NCBI GenBank assembly: GCA_038230075.1
Contig: JBBRNV010000004.1
Coordinates: 6,047 to 70,046 of the forward strand
Length of the DNA: 64,000 nucleotides
From: Minisyncoccia bacterium
Lineage (GTDB): Bacteria > Patescibacteriota > Minisyncoccia > Phycocordibacterales > CALRBL01
Reading direction: 5' to 3'
A program made the position numbers and the translations under genes. Of this stretch, positions 25,971 to 36,337 are shown piece after piece. The notes below the pieces were generated by a model. That model saw only the letters and a program-made list of their open reading frames with translations, was not told the origin of the DNA and did no database searches. The stretch's first letter is position 1; each line of letters opens with the position of its first letter.

Positions 25971-27266
25971 TTAATAGTTTCTTAGTCGATTGATTTTATC
26001 GTGCTGTCGAATCTTTTCATGAGCCTTTGCTTCAATTTGTCGAATTCGTTCTCGGGTTACATTAAACTGTTTTCCCACTTCTTCAAGTGTGTGCTGAATA
26101 CCGTCGAGAAGCCCATGTCGAAGTTCGAGAATTCGTCTTTCTTTTTCAGACAGATCTCCAAGAATTTCTTTCACTTGATCTGACAAAATTCGTCGAGATG
26201 ATTCTTGGTCGGGTGATAGAATCTTTTCATCAGAAATAAAATCTCCGTATGTCGAGTTTTTATCATCTCCGTCGTCTCCAACTGGTGTGTCGAGTGAAAG
26301 TGTACTCTGATCAATTTTTTCAATGTGATACACCTTATCAACATCGATTCCCATTTCAACAGCAATTTCATCAGGAAGTGGATCTCGTCCTAAGTCTTGT
26401 GACAGTCGTCGAACAACTTGTTTATATTTAGCAATTGTTTCTACCATGTGCACAGGCACTCGAATGGTTCGTGATTGATCAGCAAGCGCTCGAGTGATTG
26501 ATTGTCGAATCCACCATGTGGCGTATGTTGAAAACTTATATCCTTTAGTCCAATCAAACTTATCAACAGCTTTGAAGAGTCCAAGATTTCCTTCTTGAAT
26601 CAAATCGAGAAGGGTAAGGTCGGGGCTTCGTCCTACATACTTTTTTGCAATGGATACCACCAATCGAAGGTTAGCACGAGCCAAAAGGTTTTTAGCCTCG
26701 TTGTCACCTGCTTCAATTCGCTTAGCTAAATCTTTTTCTTCTTGAGCATGAATCAATGGATACTGTCCGATTTCTTTCAAATACATTTGAATAGAGTCGT
26801 AGCTTGAATCATGACGATTGTAGACATACTTTTTCAAAATTTCGTCGTCTGACTCTTTCATTTCAAGTAAACCTCCTCCTTCAAGTACATCAATACCAGC
26901 CGATGTAAACTTTTCGTAAAGGTGATCGAGAAACATCACATCTTCTTCAATAGTTGGAAACTCTTTCAAGATATCATCGTAGGTAACAAATCCTCTTTCT
27001 TTTCCCCGAGCTAAAAGTTTAGCCGCTCGAACCTCTGCATCTTTTTGTTTTTTTGATAGGACAACAATAACGTCCTTTTTATTTTTTGAAGCTGGTACTG
27101 ATTTTGTCTTTTTTTCTTTATGTAAAGTTTTTTTAGACGCTTTGACCGTAGTCTTAGCTGCGTTTTTAGCAGGAGTTTTTGCCGCTTTGTGGGCGGGTTT
27201 TGTTACACCTTTCGATGTTTTACTATTATTTTTTACTGGCTTAGATTTTTTTGGTGTTTTTTTCAT
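25971..27266 (-). CDS. rpoD: Primary sigma factor RpoD with Lys-rich N-terminal extension
   Basis: [49 protein letters not shown] and TRERIRQIE motifs. Confidence 0.98.
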   Translation of the reverse strand: MKKTPKKSKPVKNNSKTSKGVTKPAHKAAKTPAKNAAKTTVKASKKTLHKEKKTKSVPASKNKKDVIVVLSKKQKDAEVRAAKLLARGKERGFVTYDDILKEFPTIEEDVMFLDHLYEKFTSAGIDVLEGGGLLEMKESDDEILKKYVYNRHDSSYDSIQMYLKEIGQYPLIHAQEEKDLAKRIEAGDNEAKNLLARANLRLVVSIAKKYVGRSPDLTLLDLIQEGNLGLFKAVDKFDWTKGYKFSTYATWWIRQSITRALADQSRTIRVPVHMVETIAKYKQVVRRLSQDLGRDPLPDEIAVEMGIDVDKVYHIEKIDQSTLSLDTPVGDDGDDKNSTYGDFISDEKILSPDQESSRRILSDQVKEILGDLSEKERRILELRHGLLDGIQHTLEEVGKQFNVTRERIRQIEAKAHEKIRQHDKINRLRNY

Positions 27267-27294
27267 ATGCGTTGATTTAATAATGCTCGATTAT

Positions 27295-29112
27295 TTACTC
27301 TCCATTCGACTTTGGTAGAGGAGGCTTATCGACGTATCCCTTCATTTCTTTATGATACATCGAGCGAAGCTCTGCTAACTGACTCGTAATGTGACTGCAG
27401 AGCTTTAACTTAATTTCGACAGTTTCTAAATCACCTTGCCGTTCTGCTTTTTGGAGTTCCGCCATCACTATTTCGAATTGCTCCTCAAGATCACCTTCGG
27501 CAACTGCGAACAAAAGTTCCTTAATATCGATATCTTCGATAATGCCAGTAGTGTAATACTGGTCGATTTCAAAGAGAATGATATCACGTTCTTCACTATG
27601 TTTCTCTTCGAAACTCTCGAATCGACTCTGAAACAATGTCTTTAATCTATCTTTTATCTTAGCTGCCTTTTCTTTAAATAATTCTTCAACTTTCGCTTCA
27701 AGGTTGTAAATGATGCCGAACAGTCGTCGAAGTGCTTGTTCTGACTTCACTTTCATAGATGCAACTGATGTTCTGACGGGCGATGTTGATGAATGTGACA
27801 TGTTGCCAGTTTGCATTTGTTCAATCTCAATTGCTTTAACCTGCTTCAACTCTTCCCACAACGCATCTTCTCTCACTCCAGTTTTAAGAGCGATCTCTCC
27901 TATAAAACGTGATTGATCTAAACTACTTGGAATTATTTTTACATAAGGAAGAATCTTTTCACGAAGAGCTCGAGTTACTTCCCGAGGATTATCTCGAATC
28001 TTTTCATCTTGAAGAAGTACATCAAGAACAAAAGTAATAACATGTTTTGAATTTCGAAGAGCGTTTTTGAAAAGTTCAACATCTTCTAAAATAAGATCTG
28101 CTGGATCTTTTCCTTGAGGAAGAAGTGTGATTTTAACTTCCATGCCAGCACCGAGTGCGAGTGTCCATGCGCGAATTGAAGCATTTACCCCAGCCTTATC
28201 TCCATCGTATACAAGAAGTAAGTTTGGCGACAAACGTTTTAATGTAGACAGTTGGAATGGAGTAAGTGCGGTTCCTGATGTTGCAATGGCATGATTAAAC
28301 CCTGCCTGATGACACATAATGAGATCCATTTGTCCTTCAACTAATATTGCATATCCTTTTTCTCGAATTGCTTGTTTTGCAATATGAAATCCATAAAGAA
28401 CTTCAGACTTATTAAACAATTCGGTATCAGGACTATTCAAATATTTTGCATCTGAAGTGTTTGAGTTGGTAACTCGACCTGTGAAAGCAATGACTCGTTC
28501 TGAAGGATCAAGTATGGGAAACATAATTCGATCTCGAAAGCGATCATACATTCCCTTATCCCCTTGTTTAATAAGACCTGCTTTTTCTAACTCTTCTTGT
28601 CTCCATCCTTTTTTAATCAACTCATCACGAAGTGAGTTCCACGCATCGAGTGCTAATCCCAATTTCCACGAAGCAACTGTTTCTTTGGTAAGACCACGAT
28701 CTTCTAAATAGGCACGAGCTTTTTCTGCATTAACCGAATCAGACTGCAAATTCTTTTGATAGAACTGTGTTGCTTCCTGTATTGCATCAAATAATCGCAC
28801 TCGAGCATCTCTCTCGCCTCGTGGTTCTTGTGTTAACGAAACACCTGCACGGTCTGCCAACATTTTAAGCGCACCTTGAAAATCAACTTTGTCGAATTCT
28901 TGTACAAAGGTAAAGATGTCTCCTTTAGCGCCACAACCAAAACAGTAGTAGCTTCCTCGTTGTGGAGAGACAAAGAATGAAGGAGATTTTTCTCGATGAA
29001 AGGGGCATTTTCCTTTCATACTTTGGCCAGCCGGAACAAGCGTGATGTAGCTTGAGACTACTTCCACAATTCCCAATCTATCTTTAATTTTTTCGACATT
29101 TGATGATGACAC
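27295..29112 (-). CDS. dnaG: DNA primase
   Basis: CPFH...CFGC zinc finger, DRFRDRIMFPI, KYLNSP, EGQMD and DGDKAG TOPRIM motifs. Confidence 0.97.
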   Translation of the reverse strand: MSSSNVEKIKDRLGIVEVVSSYITLVPAGQSMKGKCPFHREKSPSFFVSPQRGSYYCFGCGAKGDIFTFVQEFDKVDFQGALKMLADRAGVSLTQEPRGERDARVRLFDAIQEATQFYQKNLQSDSVNAEKARAYLEDRGLTKETVASWKLGLALDAWNSLRDELIKKGWRQEELEKAGLIKQGDKGMYDRFRDRIMFPILDPSERVIAFTGRVTNSNTSDAKYLNSPDTELFNKSEVLYGFHIAKQAIREKGYAILVEGQMDLIMCHQAGFNHAIATSGTALTPFQLSTLKRLSPNLLLVYDGDKAGVNASIRAWTLALGAGMEVKITLLPQGKDPADLILEDVELFKNALRNSKHVITFVLDVLLQDEKIRDNPREVTRALREKILPYVKIIPSSLDQSRFIGEIALKTGVREDALWEELKQVKAIEIEQMQTGNMSHSSTSPVRTSVASMKVKSEQALRRLFGIIYNLEAKVEELFKEKAAKIKDRLKTLFQSRFESFEEKHSEERDIILFEIDQYYTTGIIEDIDIKELLFAVAEGDLEEQFEIVMAELQKAERQGDLETVEIKLKLCSHITSQLAELRSMYHKEMKGYVDKPPLPKSNGE

Positions 29113-29146
29113 GCCGAAATGTTAGTAGATAATAATCAATCGCTTA

Positions 29147-32100
29147 CTATTCTGTAGTACTCTGATCGACTGTATCTTGAATCATTTGCGACTTTCGACT
29201 TCCTGCGAATCCTGTTCCTGCAGGAATGAGTCGTCCGATGATAACGTTTTCCATAAGACCTCGTAGTTCATCCTGACTTCCTCGAATTGCAGAGCTGATA
29301 AGAATCTTTGTTGTGTTCTGGAATGATGCAGCTGAAAGGAAACTCTTTCGTGAAAGAGATACTTCAGTGATACCCATAGGTACTTGTTCTGCTTTTGATT
29401 CAAGCTTTCCTTCTGTTCTGATTCGCTTGTTTTCAAGATTATATTCTGAGATTTCAACAATGTCTCCAACTGAGAAGACTGAGTCTCCTGCTTCTTTAAT
29501 TCGTACTCGAGTAAACATCTGTCGAACAATAACTTCGATGTGCTTCTGAGAAACAGCTTCTCCTTGAAGTTCGTAGAGTTTCTTAATTTCGGCAATGATG
29601 TACTGCTCTGCTCGTTCTTTTCCACAGTAATGGAATACGTCATCGATGTCAGCAGATCCGTCGGTAAGGAAATCTCCTTTCTTTACATGATCTCCTACTT
29701 TTACCATCGATACTCGAAGAATACTTACTGAGTGTTCTGTCTCAGATTTTGTACTCTTTGCTGTCTTCTTTGTTGATGCAACTTTTTCTCCGAGATCAGG
29801 AAGAATAACAATTACTCGCTCCTTTCCTGTATTTCGAATTTCTGAAATAACTCCATCTGTTTTTGCAATCGCTGCTGGGTTTTTTGGTTTTCGCTTTTCA
29901 AATACTTCAACCACTCGAGGAAGTCCGGCAGTAATATCTCCACCAACAGTAGCAGCACCTCCAGAGTGGAAGGTTCGCATAGTAAGCTGTGTTCCAGGTT
30001 CTCCAATAGCTTGAGCAGCAACTGTTCCCACAGCTTCTCCAAGATCAACAAGATCAAGTCGTCCTAGGTCTAATCCGTAACACATTGAGCAGATTCCGTT
30101 ATGTGTTTTACATGTAAGTGGTGATCGAACAACTACTCGTTCAATTCCTGCGAGTTCAACTTGCTTAGCTTCAGGTCGAGTCAACATATGATTTCGCTTG
30201 AAGATAACTGTTCCATCTTTTGAAACAATGTCTTCTGAAGGAACTCGTCCGAAGATTGATTTTGAGATAGGTGTATCGATTCCAGATGCCGTCTTTCGTG
30301 TAATAGGCATTCCTTCTTTTGTTCCACAATCATGTTCTGAGATAACCACATCTTGCGCCACAACGAAAAGCTTTCGAGTAAGGTATCCAGCGTTCGCAGT
30401 GTTCAAGGCTGTGTCGGTCATTCCTTTTCGAGCACCGTGAGTTGAAATAAAGTATTCAATAGGTGTAAATCCTTCAAGACCTGATGAGATAATTGGAATT
30501 TCAATTGTTTCTCCTCGTGAGTTCTGAATCAATCCTTTCATTCCGGCCATCTGAGTAAGCTGACCAATTGTTCCTCGAGCAGCTGATGTAATAAGGTCGT
30601 ATGCTGATCCGTTCTTATCGAGTGAATCAGGAATCAACTTTTCAAGAGAACTTTTCGCTTCGTGCCAAATTTCAATATTCTTTCGAAGTTTCTCTTCTTC
30701 TGTAATGAGACCTTCGTTAAATTGATGTGCGACAACCGCAGCTTCTCCTCGAGACTTTTCGATGATCGCTCCTTTTTGTGGAGGCACTCGTACTTCATCA
30801 AGACCGAATGTTGTTCCAGAATATGTTGCAAACTTAAATCCGAATGATTTTATAGAGTCGAGAATCACCGCCATAGCGTCTGTTCCATTCTTTGCGATAA
30901 GCTCGTCGAGAATGACTGACATCATAGACTTTCCAACAGTTTTATTTACATAGTGATAATCGGCAGGAAGAAGTTCGTTAAACATCAACTTTCCAGCTGT
31001 TGTTTCAAGAAGTTGTCCTTCAAATTCTTTAAACTTTGCAGTTAATGGAGGAAGAACTTTAATTTTTGCCCGATATGATAATTCACCAAATTCAATTGCT
31101 TTATATGCAGCTTCAGGACTTTCAAAGATATTTCCTTCTCCCTTTTCTCCTGCCACATCTTTTGTTACCCAGAAAACTCCAAGTGTAATATCGTGTCCAG
31201 GGGCTGAAATTAAATCTCCTGATCCAGGCTTTAGAATATTTTTGTCTGAGGCCATGATTTCTCGTGCTTCTGCCTGTGCTTCAAGTGAGAGTGGAAGGTG
31301 AACAGCCATAGTATCTCCATCGAAGTCAGCGTTGTATGCTTTACATACCATTGGGTGAAGCTGAATAGCGTTTCCTTCAATAAGAATAGGTTGGAAAGCC
31401 TGAATACCAAGTCGGTGAAGTGTAGGTGCTCGGTTTAGAAGTACGTACTTGTTTCGAATAACATCTTCAAGAATAGCCCACACTTCTGGAATTCCTTCAT
31501 CGATTAATCGTGAAGCTCCTCGAATGTTGTATGCCTGTTCTCGTTTCAAAAGTTCAGCAATAACGAATGGTCGGAAAAGTTCAAGAGCCATGTGCTTTGG
31601 AAGTCCACACTGGTTCAATTTCATATTTGGACCAACCACAATAACTGATCGTCCTGAGTAGTCTACTCGTTTTCCAAGAAGGTTTCCTCGGAGCAATCCT
31701 CGCTTTCCTTTTAGATTATCTGCAAGAGATTTAAGAGGTCGTCGTTGAGCTTGGTTAACTCCAGCAAAGAGTGCGTTTCCGTGTCGGATTGAGTTGTCGA
31801 TAAGTGCATCAACAGCTTCTTGAAGAATTCGTTTTTCGTTTCGAAGAATAACATCTGGTGCGTGAATTTCTTTCAACTTTCGAAGTCGGTTGTTTCGGTT
31901 GATTACTCGTCGATACAAGTCGTTAATATCTGATGTTGCTGTTCGTCCACCATCAAGAGCAACCATAGGTCGAAGTGCTGGAGGAATAACAGGAATTCGA
32001 GTGAGAAACATCCATTCTGGTCGGATACCTGAAGAAATAAGACCTCGAATAACTGACAATCGCTTCAAAAGTTTTTCTCGTTCTGTTGAACCAGCTTTTT

Positions 32101-32839
32101 CAAGTTCTACTTCAAGTGCTGCATACAATTTGTTCAGATCTAATTTTTTGAAAAGATTAAATACTGCTTCTGCTCCAATTTCAGCTTCGAAAATAGTTCC
32201 AAATTTTAGTGAGAATTTGTGATACTCAATTTCATCGAGCACTCGTCCGATGATAAGACTTTCAATATCTCGTTTAGCATTTAACATCATTTCTGACATT
32301 GCCAGCTTCGTCTTTTCATCGTTAAGAGTTCTGAGTTTATTTTTGTATTCCCCATCGAGTTCTTTCAAGATTTTTGTTCGTTCATCTTCATTTACTTTTG
32401 TCACAAGGTAACCAGCAAAGTACACAACTTTTTCAAGATCTGAACTGCTCATTCCTAGAATTGTTCCGATTCGTGATGGAAGAGATCGAAGAAACCAAAT
32501 ATGTGACACGGGAGTAGAAAGTTCAATGTGTCCCATTCGTTCTCGTCGAACAATAGATCGTGTAATTTCAACACCACATTTTTCACAAATGATTCCCTTG
32601 TATCGAATACCTCGATATTTTCCACAATAACATTCGTAATCTTTTTCAGGACCGAAGATTTTTTCATCGAAAAGACCATTCTTTTCACTTCGCTGAGTTC
32701 GGTAGTTCATCGTTTCAGGTTTTGTAACCTCTCCGTGTGACCATTCCAAAATTCGCTCAGGTGAAGCGATCTTCAATTCGATTGATTCGAATCCTTGATG
32801 ATCTCCAAACTTATCTTTATTTACAATTGAGTTTTTCAT
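29147..32839 (-). CDS. rpoC: RNA polymerase beta' subunit
   Basis: NADFDGD catalytic motif, zinc-binding C..CGKY, GKRVDYSGRSVI, IGEPGTQLTMRTFH. Confidence 0.99.
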   Translation of the reverse strand: MKNSIVNKDKFGDHQGFESIELKIASPERILEWSHGEVTKPETMNYRTQRSEKNGLFDEKIFGPEKDYECYCGKYRGIRYKGIICEKCGVEITRSIVRRERMGHIELSTPVSHIWFLRSLPSRIGTILGMSSSDLEKVVYFAGYLVTKVNEDERTKILKELDGEYKNKLRTLNDEKTKLAMSEMMLNAKRDIESLIIGRVLDEIEYHKFSLKFGTIFEAEIGAEAVFNLFKKLDLNKLYAALEVELEKAGSTEREKLLKRLSVIRGLISSGIRPEWMFLTRIPVIPPALRPMVALDGGRTATSDINDLYRRVINRNNRLRKLKEIHAPDVILRNEKRILQEAVDALIDNSIRHGNALFAGVNQAQRRPLKSLADNLKGKRGLLRGNLLGKRVDYSGRSVIVVGPNMKLNQCGLPKHMALELFRPFVIAELLKREQAYNIRGASRLIDEGIPEVWAILEDVIRNKYVLLNRAPTLHRLGIQAFQPILIEGNAIQLHPMVCKAYNADFDGDTMAVHLPLSLEAQAEAREIMASDKNILKPGSGDLISAPGHDITLGVFWVTKDVAGEKGEGNIFESPEAAYKAIEFGELSYRAKIKVLPPLTAKFKEFEGQLLETTAGKLMFNELLPADYHYVNKTVGKSMMSVILDELIAKNGTDAMAVILDSIKSFGFKFATYSGTTFGLDEVRVPPQKGAIIEKSRGEAAVVAHQFNEGLITEEEKLRKNIEIWHEAKSSLEKLIPDSLDKNGSAYDLITSAARGTIGQLTQMAGMKGLIQNSRGETIEIPIISSGLEGFTPIEYFISTHGARKGMTDTALNTANAGYLTRKLFVVAQDVVISEHDCGTKEGMPITRKTASGIDTPISKSIFGRVPSEDIVSKDGTVIFKRNHMLTRPEAKQVELAGIERVVVRSPLTCKTHNGICSMCYGLDLGRLDLVDLGEAVGTVAAQAIGEPGTQLTMRTFHSGGAATVGGDITAGLPRVVEVFEKRKPKNPAAIAKTDGVISEIRNTGKERVIVILPDLGEKVASTKKTAKSTKSETEHSVSILRVSMVKVGDHVKKGDFLTDGSADIDDVFHYCGKERAEQYIIAEIKKLYELQGEAVSQKHIEVIVRQMFTRVRIKEAGDSVFSVGDIVEISEYNLENKRIRTEGKLESKAEQVPMGITEVSLSRKSFLSAASFQNTTKILISSAIRGSQDELRGLMENVIIGRLIPAGTGFAGSRKSQMIQDTVDQSTTE

Positions 32840-32857
32840 AATAGTTGGTGGTGTTGC

Positions 32858-35800
32858 TTATTTGTTGTTACCTTCCTCTTGTTCTTGCGACCTTTCGTCA
32901 TCTACTGAATTATTTATAAGCTTTACATCAAGTGCCAATCCTCGAAGGTTATTCAAGAGCACATTAAATGACGCAGGGCTGTTTGTTTGTGTAATTCGAT
33001 TTCCCTTCACAATTGAATCGAAGGCTGCTGAACGTCCGAGAATATCGTCTGATTTGATAGTAAGAACTTCTCGAAGGATGTGGGCTGCACCGTGACCTGA
33101 AAGGGCCCACACTTCCATTTCTCCAAATCGTTGTCCTCCACCCTGAGCCTTTCCTCCAAGAGGTTGCTGAGTAATGAGAGAGTACGGACCAATTGATCGC
33201 ATGTGAATCTTATCTTCAACCATGTGGTGAAGTTTAAGAAGATACATGTATCCAACAGCAATATCTTTATCGAAGGCGTCTCCTGTTTGTCCATCGAAGA
33301 GTTTCATCTTTCCACCTTCTTGATATCCTGCAGTTACTAACTCTTCTTTGATTTCAGCAATTGTTGCTCCTGCGAATGCGGGAACCACAGCCTGATATCC
33401 GAGTGCATTTGCAGCAAGACCAAGATGAAGTTCAAGAATCTGTCCAAGGTTCATACGTGATGGCACTCCAAGTGGTGTCAAAATAACGTCGATAGGAGTT
33501 CCGTCTGCCATGTATGGCATTTCTTCTTCAGGAAGAATTCGTGAGATAACACCTTTATTTCCGTGTCGTCCAGCAAGTTTGTCTCCGACGGTAACGTTTC
33601 GAACTTGTGCAACTTCAATGTGAATTCGTTTGATGATTCCAGATTCAAGTTTGTCTCCTTTTTCTCGTGAGAATACTTTTACAGAAACAATTCTTCCTTT
33701 CTTTCCATTTTCCATTCGTTTTGATGTATCTTTCACATCTCGAGATTTCTCTCCGAAGATAGATCGAAGAAGTCGTTCTTCAGGAGTAAGTTGTGTTTCT
33801 CCCTTTGGAGTAATTTTTCCAACTAAGATATCTCCCGGATGTACTTCTGCTCCAATTCGTACGATTCCTTCATGGTCAAGATTCTTTAGTTTTGCTTCTC
33901 CAACATTTGGAATATCAGGAGTTGTAACTTCGGGTCCTAGTTTTGTGTCTCGCACATTCACCACAAATTCTTCAACGTGAATACTAGTGAACTTACTATT
34001 CTTAACTAATCGTTCTGAAAGAATGATGGCATCTTCATAGTTTGCGCCGTTCCATGACATGAAGGCGATGAGTGCATTGTGACCTAGAGCAATTTGTCCG
34101 TGATCAGAAGTTGATGCGTCAGCCAAAATATCTCCTTTCTTTACTTCCTGATTAAGATTTACCTGTGGTCGCTGGTGATAGTCGGTAAACTGGTTTGTTC
34201 GTGAAAATTCTACAAGCTTGTATTCAACTTCTTTTCCTTTTGTAGGCTTAAATGTAATGTGTCGGGCATCTACCGCAACAACTGTTCCGTCTTCTGGAGC
34301 AACAATCAATCTTCCTGTGTCGTACGCAGCCTGCTTTTCGATTCCAGTTGCAACAATAGGTGCTTCTGGTTCTAGTGGAGGAACTGCCTGCTTCTGCATG
34401 TTTGAACCCATCAGCGCTCGGTTAGCATCATCATGGTTCACGAAAGGAATCATGGCTGTTGCAATTGAGAATGCCTGGTTTGTTGCAACGTCGATATATT
34501 GAACTTCAGAAGGCGCCAAAATGGCTGGTTTTCCTTTAATTCGAACTTCAACAAATTCACTCACGAATGCTCCGTTTTTATCGTAATTATTTCCTGCGTG
34601 AGCAATGGCAAAACCTTCTTCTTCAAGCGCATTAACGTAGACAACTTCTCCAGTGATTTTTCCATTCTTAACTTTAACAAGAGGAGTTTCAATCATTCCG
34701 AAATTGTTTACTCGTGCATATGCTGACAAGTGAAGTACAAGACCAATGTTTGGACCTTCAGGTGTGTGAATTGGGCAGAGTCGTCCGTAGTGAGAAGGAT
34801 GCACGTCTCGAACTTCGTAACCTGCTCGTTCTCGTGTAAGTCCTCCAGGACCAAGTGCAGACACAATTCTTAAGTGCTCAAGTTCGTTCAACAAGTTATC
34901 TTGCTGCATGAATTGTGAGAGCTGGTTTGTAGTAAAAAATTCTTTGATTCGAGCTTGAAGTGGTCGAGGAACAATGAATTGCACAGGAAGTGTTGCATCA
35001 GTATCAATAGTAGACATTCGGTTTTGAATGTTTCGCTTGATCTGAGTCATACCCAATCGAATCTTTTGTGCAAGAAGTTCTCCAACATATCGAACTCGTC
35101 GTGATCCTAGGTGGTCAATATCATCAGGTGCTCCTTCTCGATTGTGATTTAAATCAACAATGTTTTTGATGATAGTAATAACGTCATCAAGAGAAAGTGT
35201 CTTTCGTTTTAGTTCAGCTTCAGTTTTTGGTTTGTTGAATCGATTATTGAATCGGTGTCGTCCTACAGGAGAAAGATCGTATCGGTCTTCTCCGAAAATT
35301 GACCCTACGAATTCTCGTGCATTTTCTACTGTTGCAAGATCACCATCTCGAAGTCGTCGATAGATTTCAACAAATGATTCATCTGATGTCTTTGCGTGAT
35401 CTTTCGCGATACTTGCTTCAATATGTTTGAGGGCAAGTTCATTATCTTTGAAGTGTGCGAGAAGATCTTTTGCTTCTTCTCCAGCACCGAATACTCGTAG
35501 AAGTGATGAAATTGGGAACTTTCGTTTCTTGTCGATTCGAACGTAAATAGCATTGTCAGGATCTGATTCAATTTCCATCCATGCTCCTCGAGCTGGAATT
35601 ACTTTGGCACCAAAGTAATTTCGTCCTTTCAATTCTTCAGAGGTGAAGAATACTCCGTATGATCGAGCAAGTTGTGGCACAATAACTCGTTCGATTCCGT
35701 TAATAACAAAAGTACCGTGATTTGTCATCAAAGGTAGATCTGCCATGAAAATCTCTTGTTCTTTTACTGAACCAAGGATTTTATTTTTAACGCGAACCAT

Positions 35801-36106
35801 CACCTTTAGAGGTGCTTCGTATGTTAACTTATTGTGCTTTGCATAAAATTCGTCGAACTTAGGATGAGTGATTTCGAAACCAGTGAAATCGAGTTCAAAC
35901 TTTTTCTCAGAGTAGTCTTTGATTGAAGAGAATTCTCCAAATACTTCTTTGAGTCCTTTTTCAAGCAGTTGCTTGAAAGATTCGATCTGACCTTCTACCA
36001 GGTTTGGAAGAGGTGCGAGTGCTTCTTTAAATTTACTAAAAACTTTAACAGGTCGCGCTCCTGGACTCAGTGTTGAGCCAGTCTTGTGTTCATGTTTGTG
36101 TGCCAT
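32858..36106 (-). CDS. rpoB: RNA polymerase beta subunit
   Basis: SALGPGGL, GDKLAGRHGNKG, KLHHMVEDKIH and GGQRFGEME motifs. Confidence 0.99.
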   Translation of the reverse strand: MAHKHEHKTGSTLSPGARPVKVFSKFKEALAPLPNLVEGQIESFKQLLEKGLKEVFGEFSSIKDYSEKKFELDFTGFEITHPKFDEFYAKHNKLTYEAPLKVMVRVKNKILGSVKEQEIFMADLPLMTNHGTFVINGIERVIVPQLARSYGVFFTSEELKGRNYFGAKVIPARGAWMEIESDPDNAIYVRIDKKRKFPISSLLRVFGAGEEAKDLLAHFKDNELALKHIEASIAKDHAKTSDESFVEIYRRLRDGDLATVENAREFVGSIFGEDRYDLSPVGRHRFNNRFNKPKTEAELKRKTLSLDDVITIIKNIVDLNHNREGAPDDIDHLGSRRVRYVGELLAQKIRLGMTQIKRNIQNRMSTIDTDATLPVQFIVPRPLQARIKEFFTTNQLSQFMQQDNLLNELEHLRIVSALGPGGLTRERAGYEVRDVHPSHYGRLCPIHTPEGPNIGLVLHLSAYARVNNFGMIETPLVKVKNGKITGEVVYVNALEEEGFAIAHAGNNYDKNGAFVSEFVEVRIKGKPAILAPSEVQYIDVATNQAFSIATAMIPFVNHDDANRALMGSNMQKQAVPPLEPEAPIVATGIEKQAAYDTGRLIVAPEDGTVVAVDARHITFKPTKGKEVEYKLVEFSRTNQFTDYHQRPQVNLNQEVKKGDILADASTSDHGQIALGHNALIAFMSWNGANYEDAIILSERLVKNSKFTSIHVEEFVVNVRDTKLGPEVTTPDIPNVGEAKLKNLDHEGIVRIGAEVHPGDILVGKITPKGETQLTPEERLLRSIFGEKSRDVKDTSKRMENGKKGRIVSVKVFSREKGDKLESGIIKRIHIEVAQVRNVTVGDKLAGRHGNKGVISRILPEEEMPYMADGTPIDVILTPLGVPSRMNLGQILELHLGLAANALGYQAVVPAFAGATIAEIKEELVTAGYQEGGKMKLFDGQTGDAFDKDIAVGYMYLLKLHHMVEDKIHMRSIGPYSLITQQPLGGKAQGGGQRFGEMEVWALSGHGAAHILREVLTIKSDDILGRSAAFDSIVKGNRITQTNSPASFNVLLNNLRGLALDVKLINNSVDDERSQEQEEGNNK

Positions 36107-36297
36107 AACATGGTGCTCTCATCTCTTTTGCATCCTTTGTGCAAAGTACACAAAAAAGAGTGAGAGTAAATATTAAATTTTGCCTACACATAGTGCTCAC
36201 CTTTAGTTACGATGAGTGTATGAGAGGCCTAATAAGCTTATAAAGGAGTGACAAGCTCATTACATCAAGAATGACGCAATCGGCAATGAGGCAATAA

Positions 36298-36325
36298 ATA
36301 TAACAAAGATTTCTATATAGTCAAG
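36298..36325 (-). promoter_or_regulatory. rpoBC promoter (TTGACT-16-TATATT)
   Basis: Reverse complement of aatataacaaagatttctatatagtcaa; implies a leader of about 185 nt. Confidence 0.6.
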
Positions 36326-36337
36326 GGTTTTCAGAGT

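Noticed and set aside
29182-35571. Many 60-150 aa ORFs inside rpoB and rpoC (likewise inside valS, dnaE, thrS, lepA, groL)
   Set aside because: Off-frame or antisense shadows of long conserved genes with no motifs of their own.
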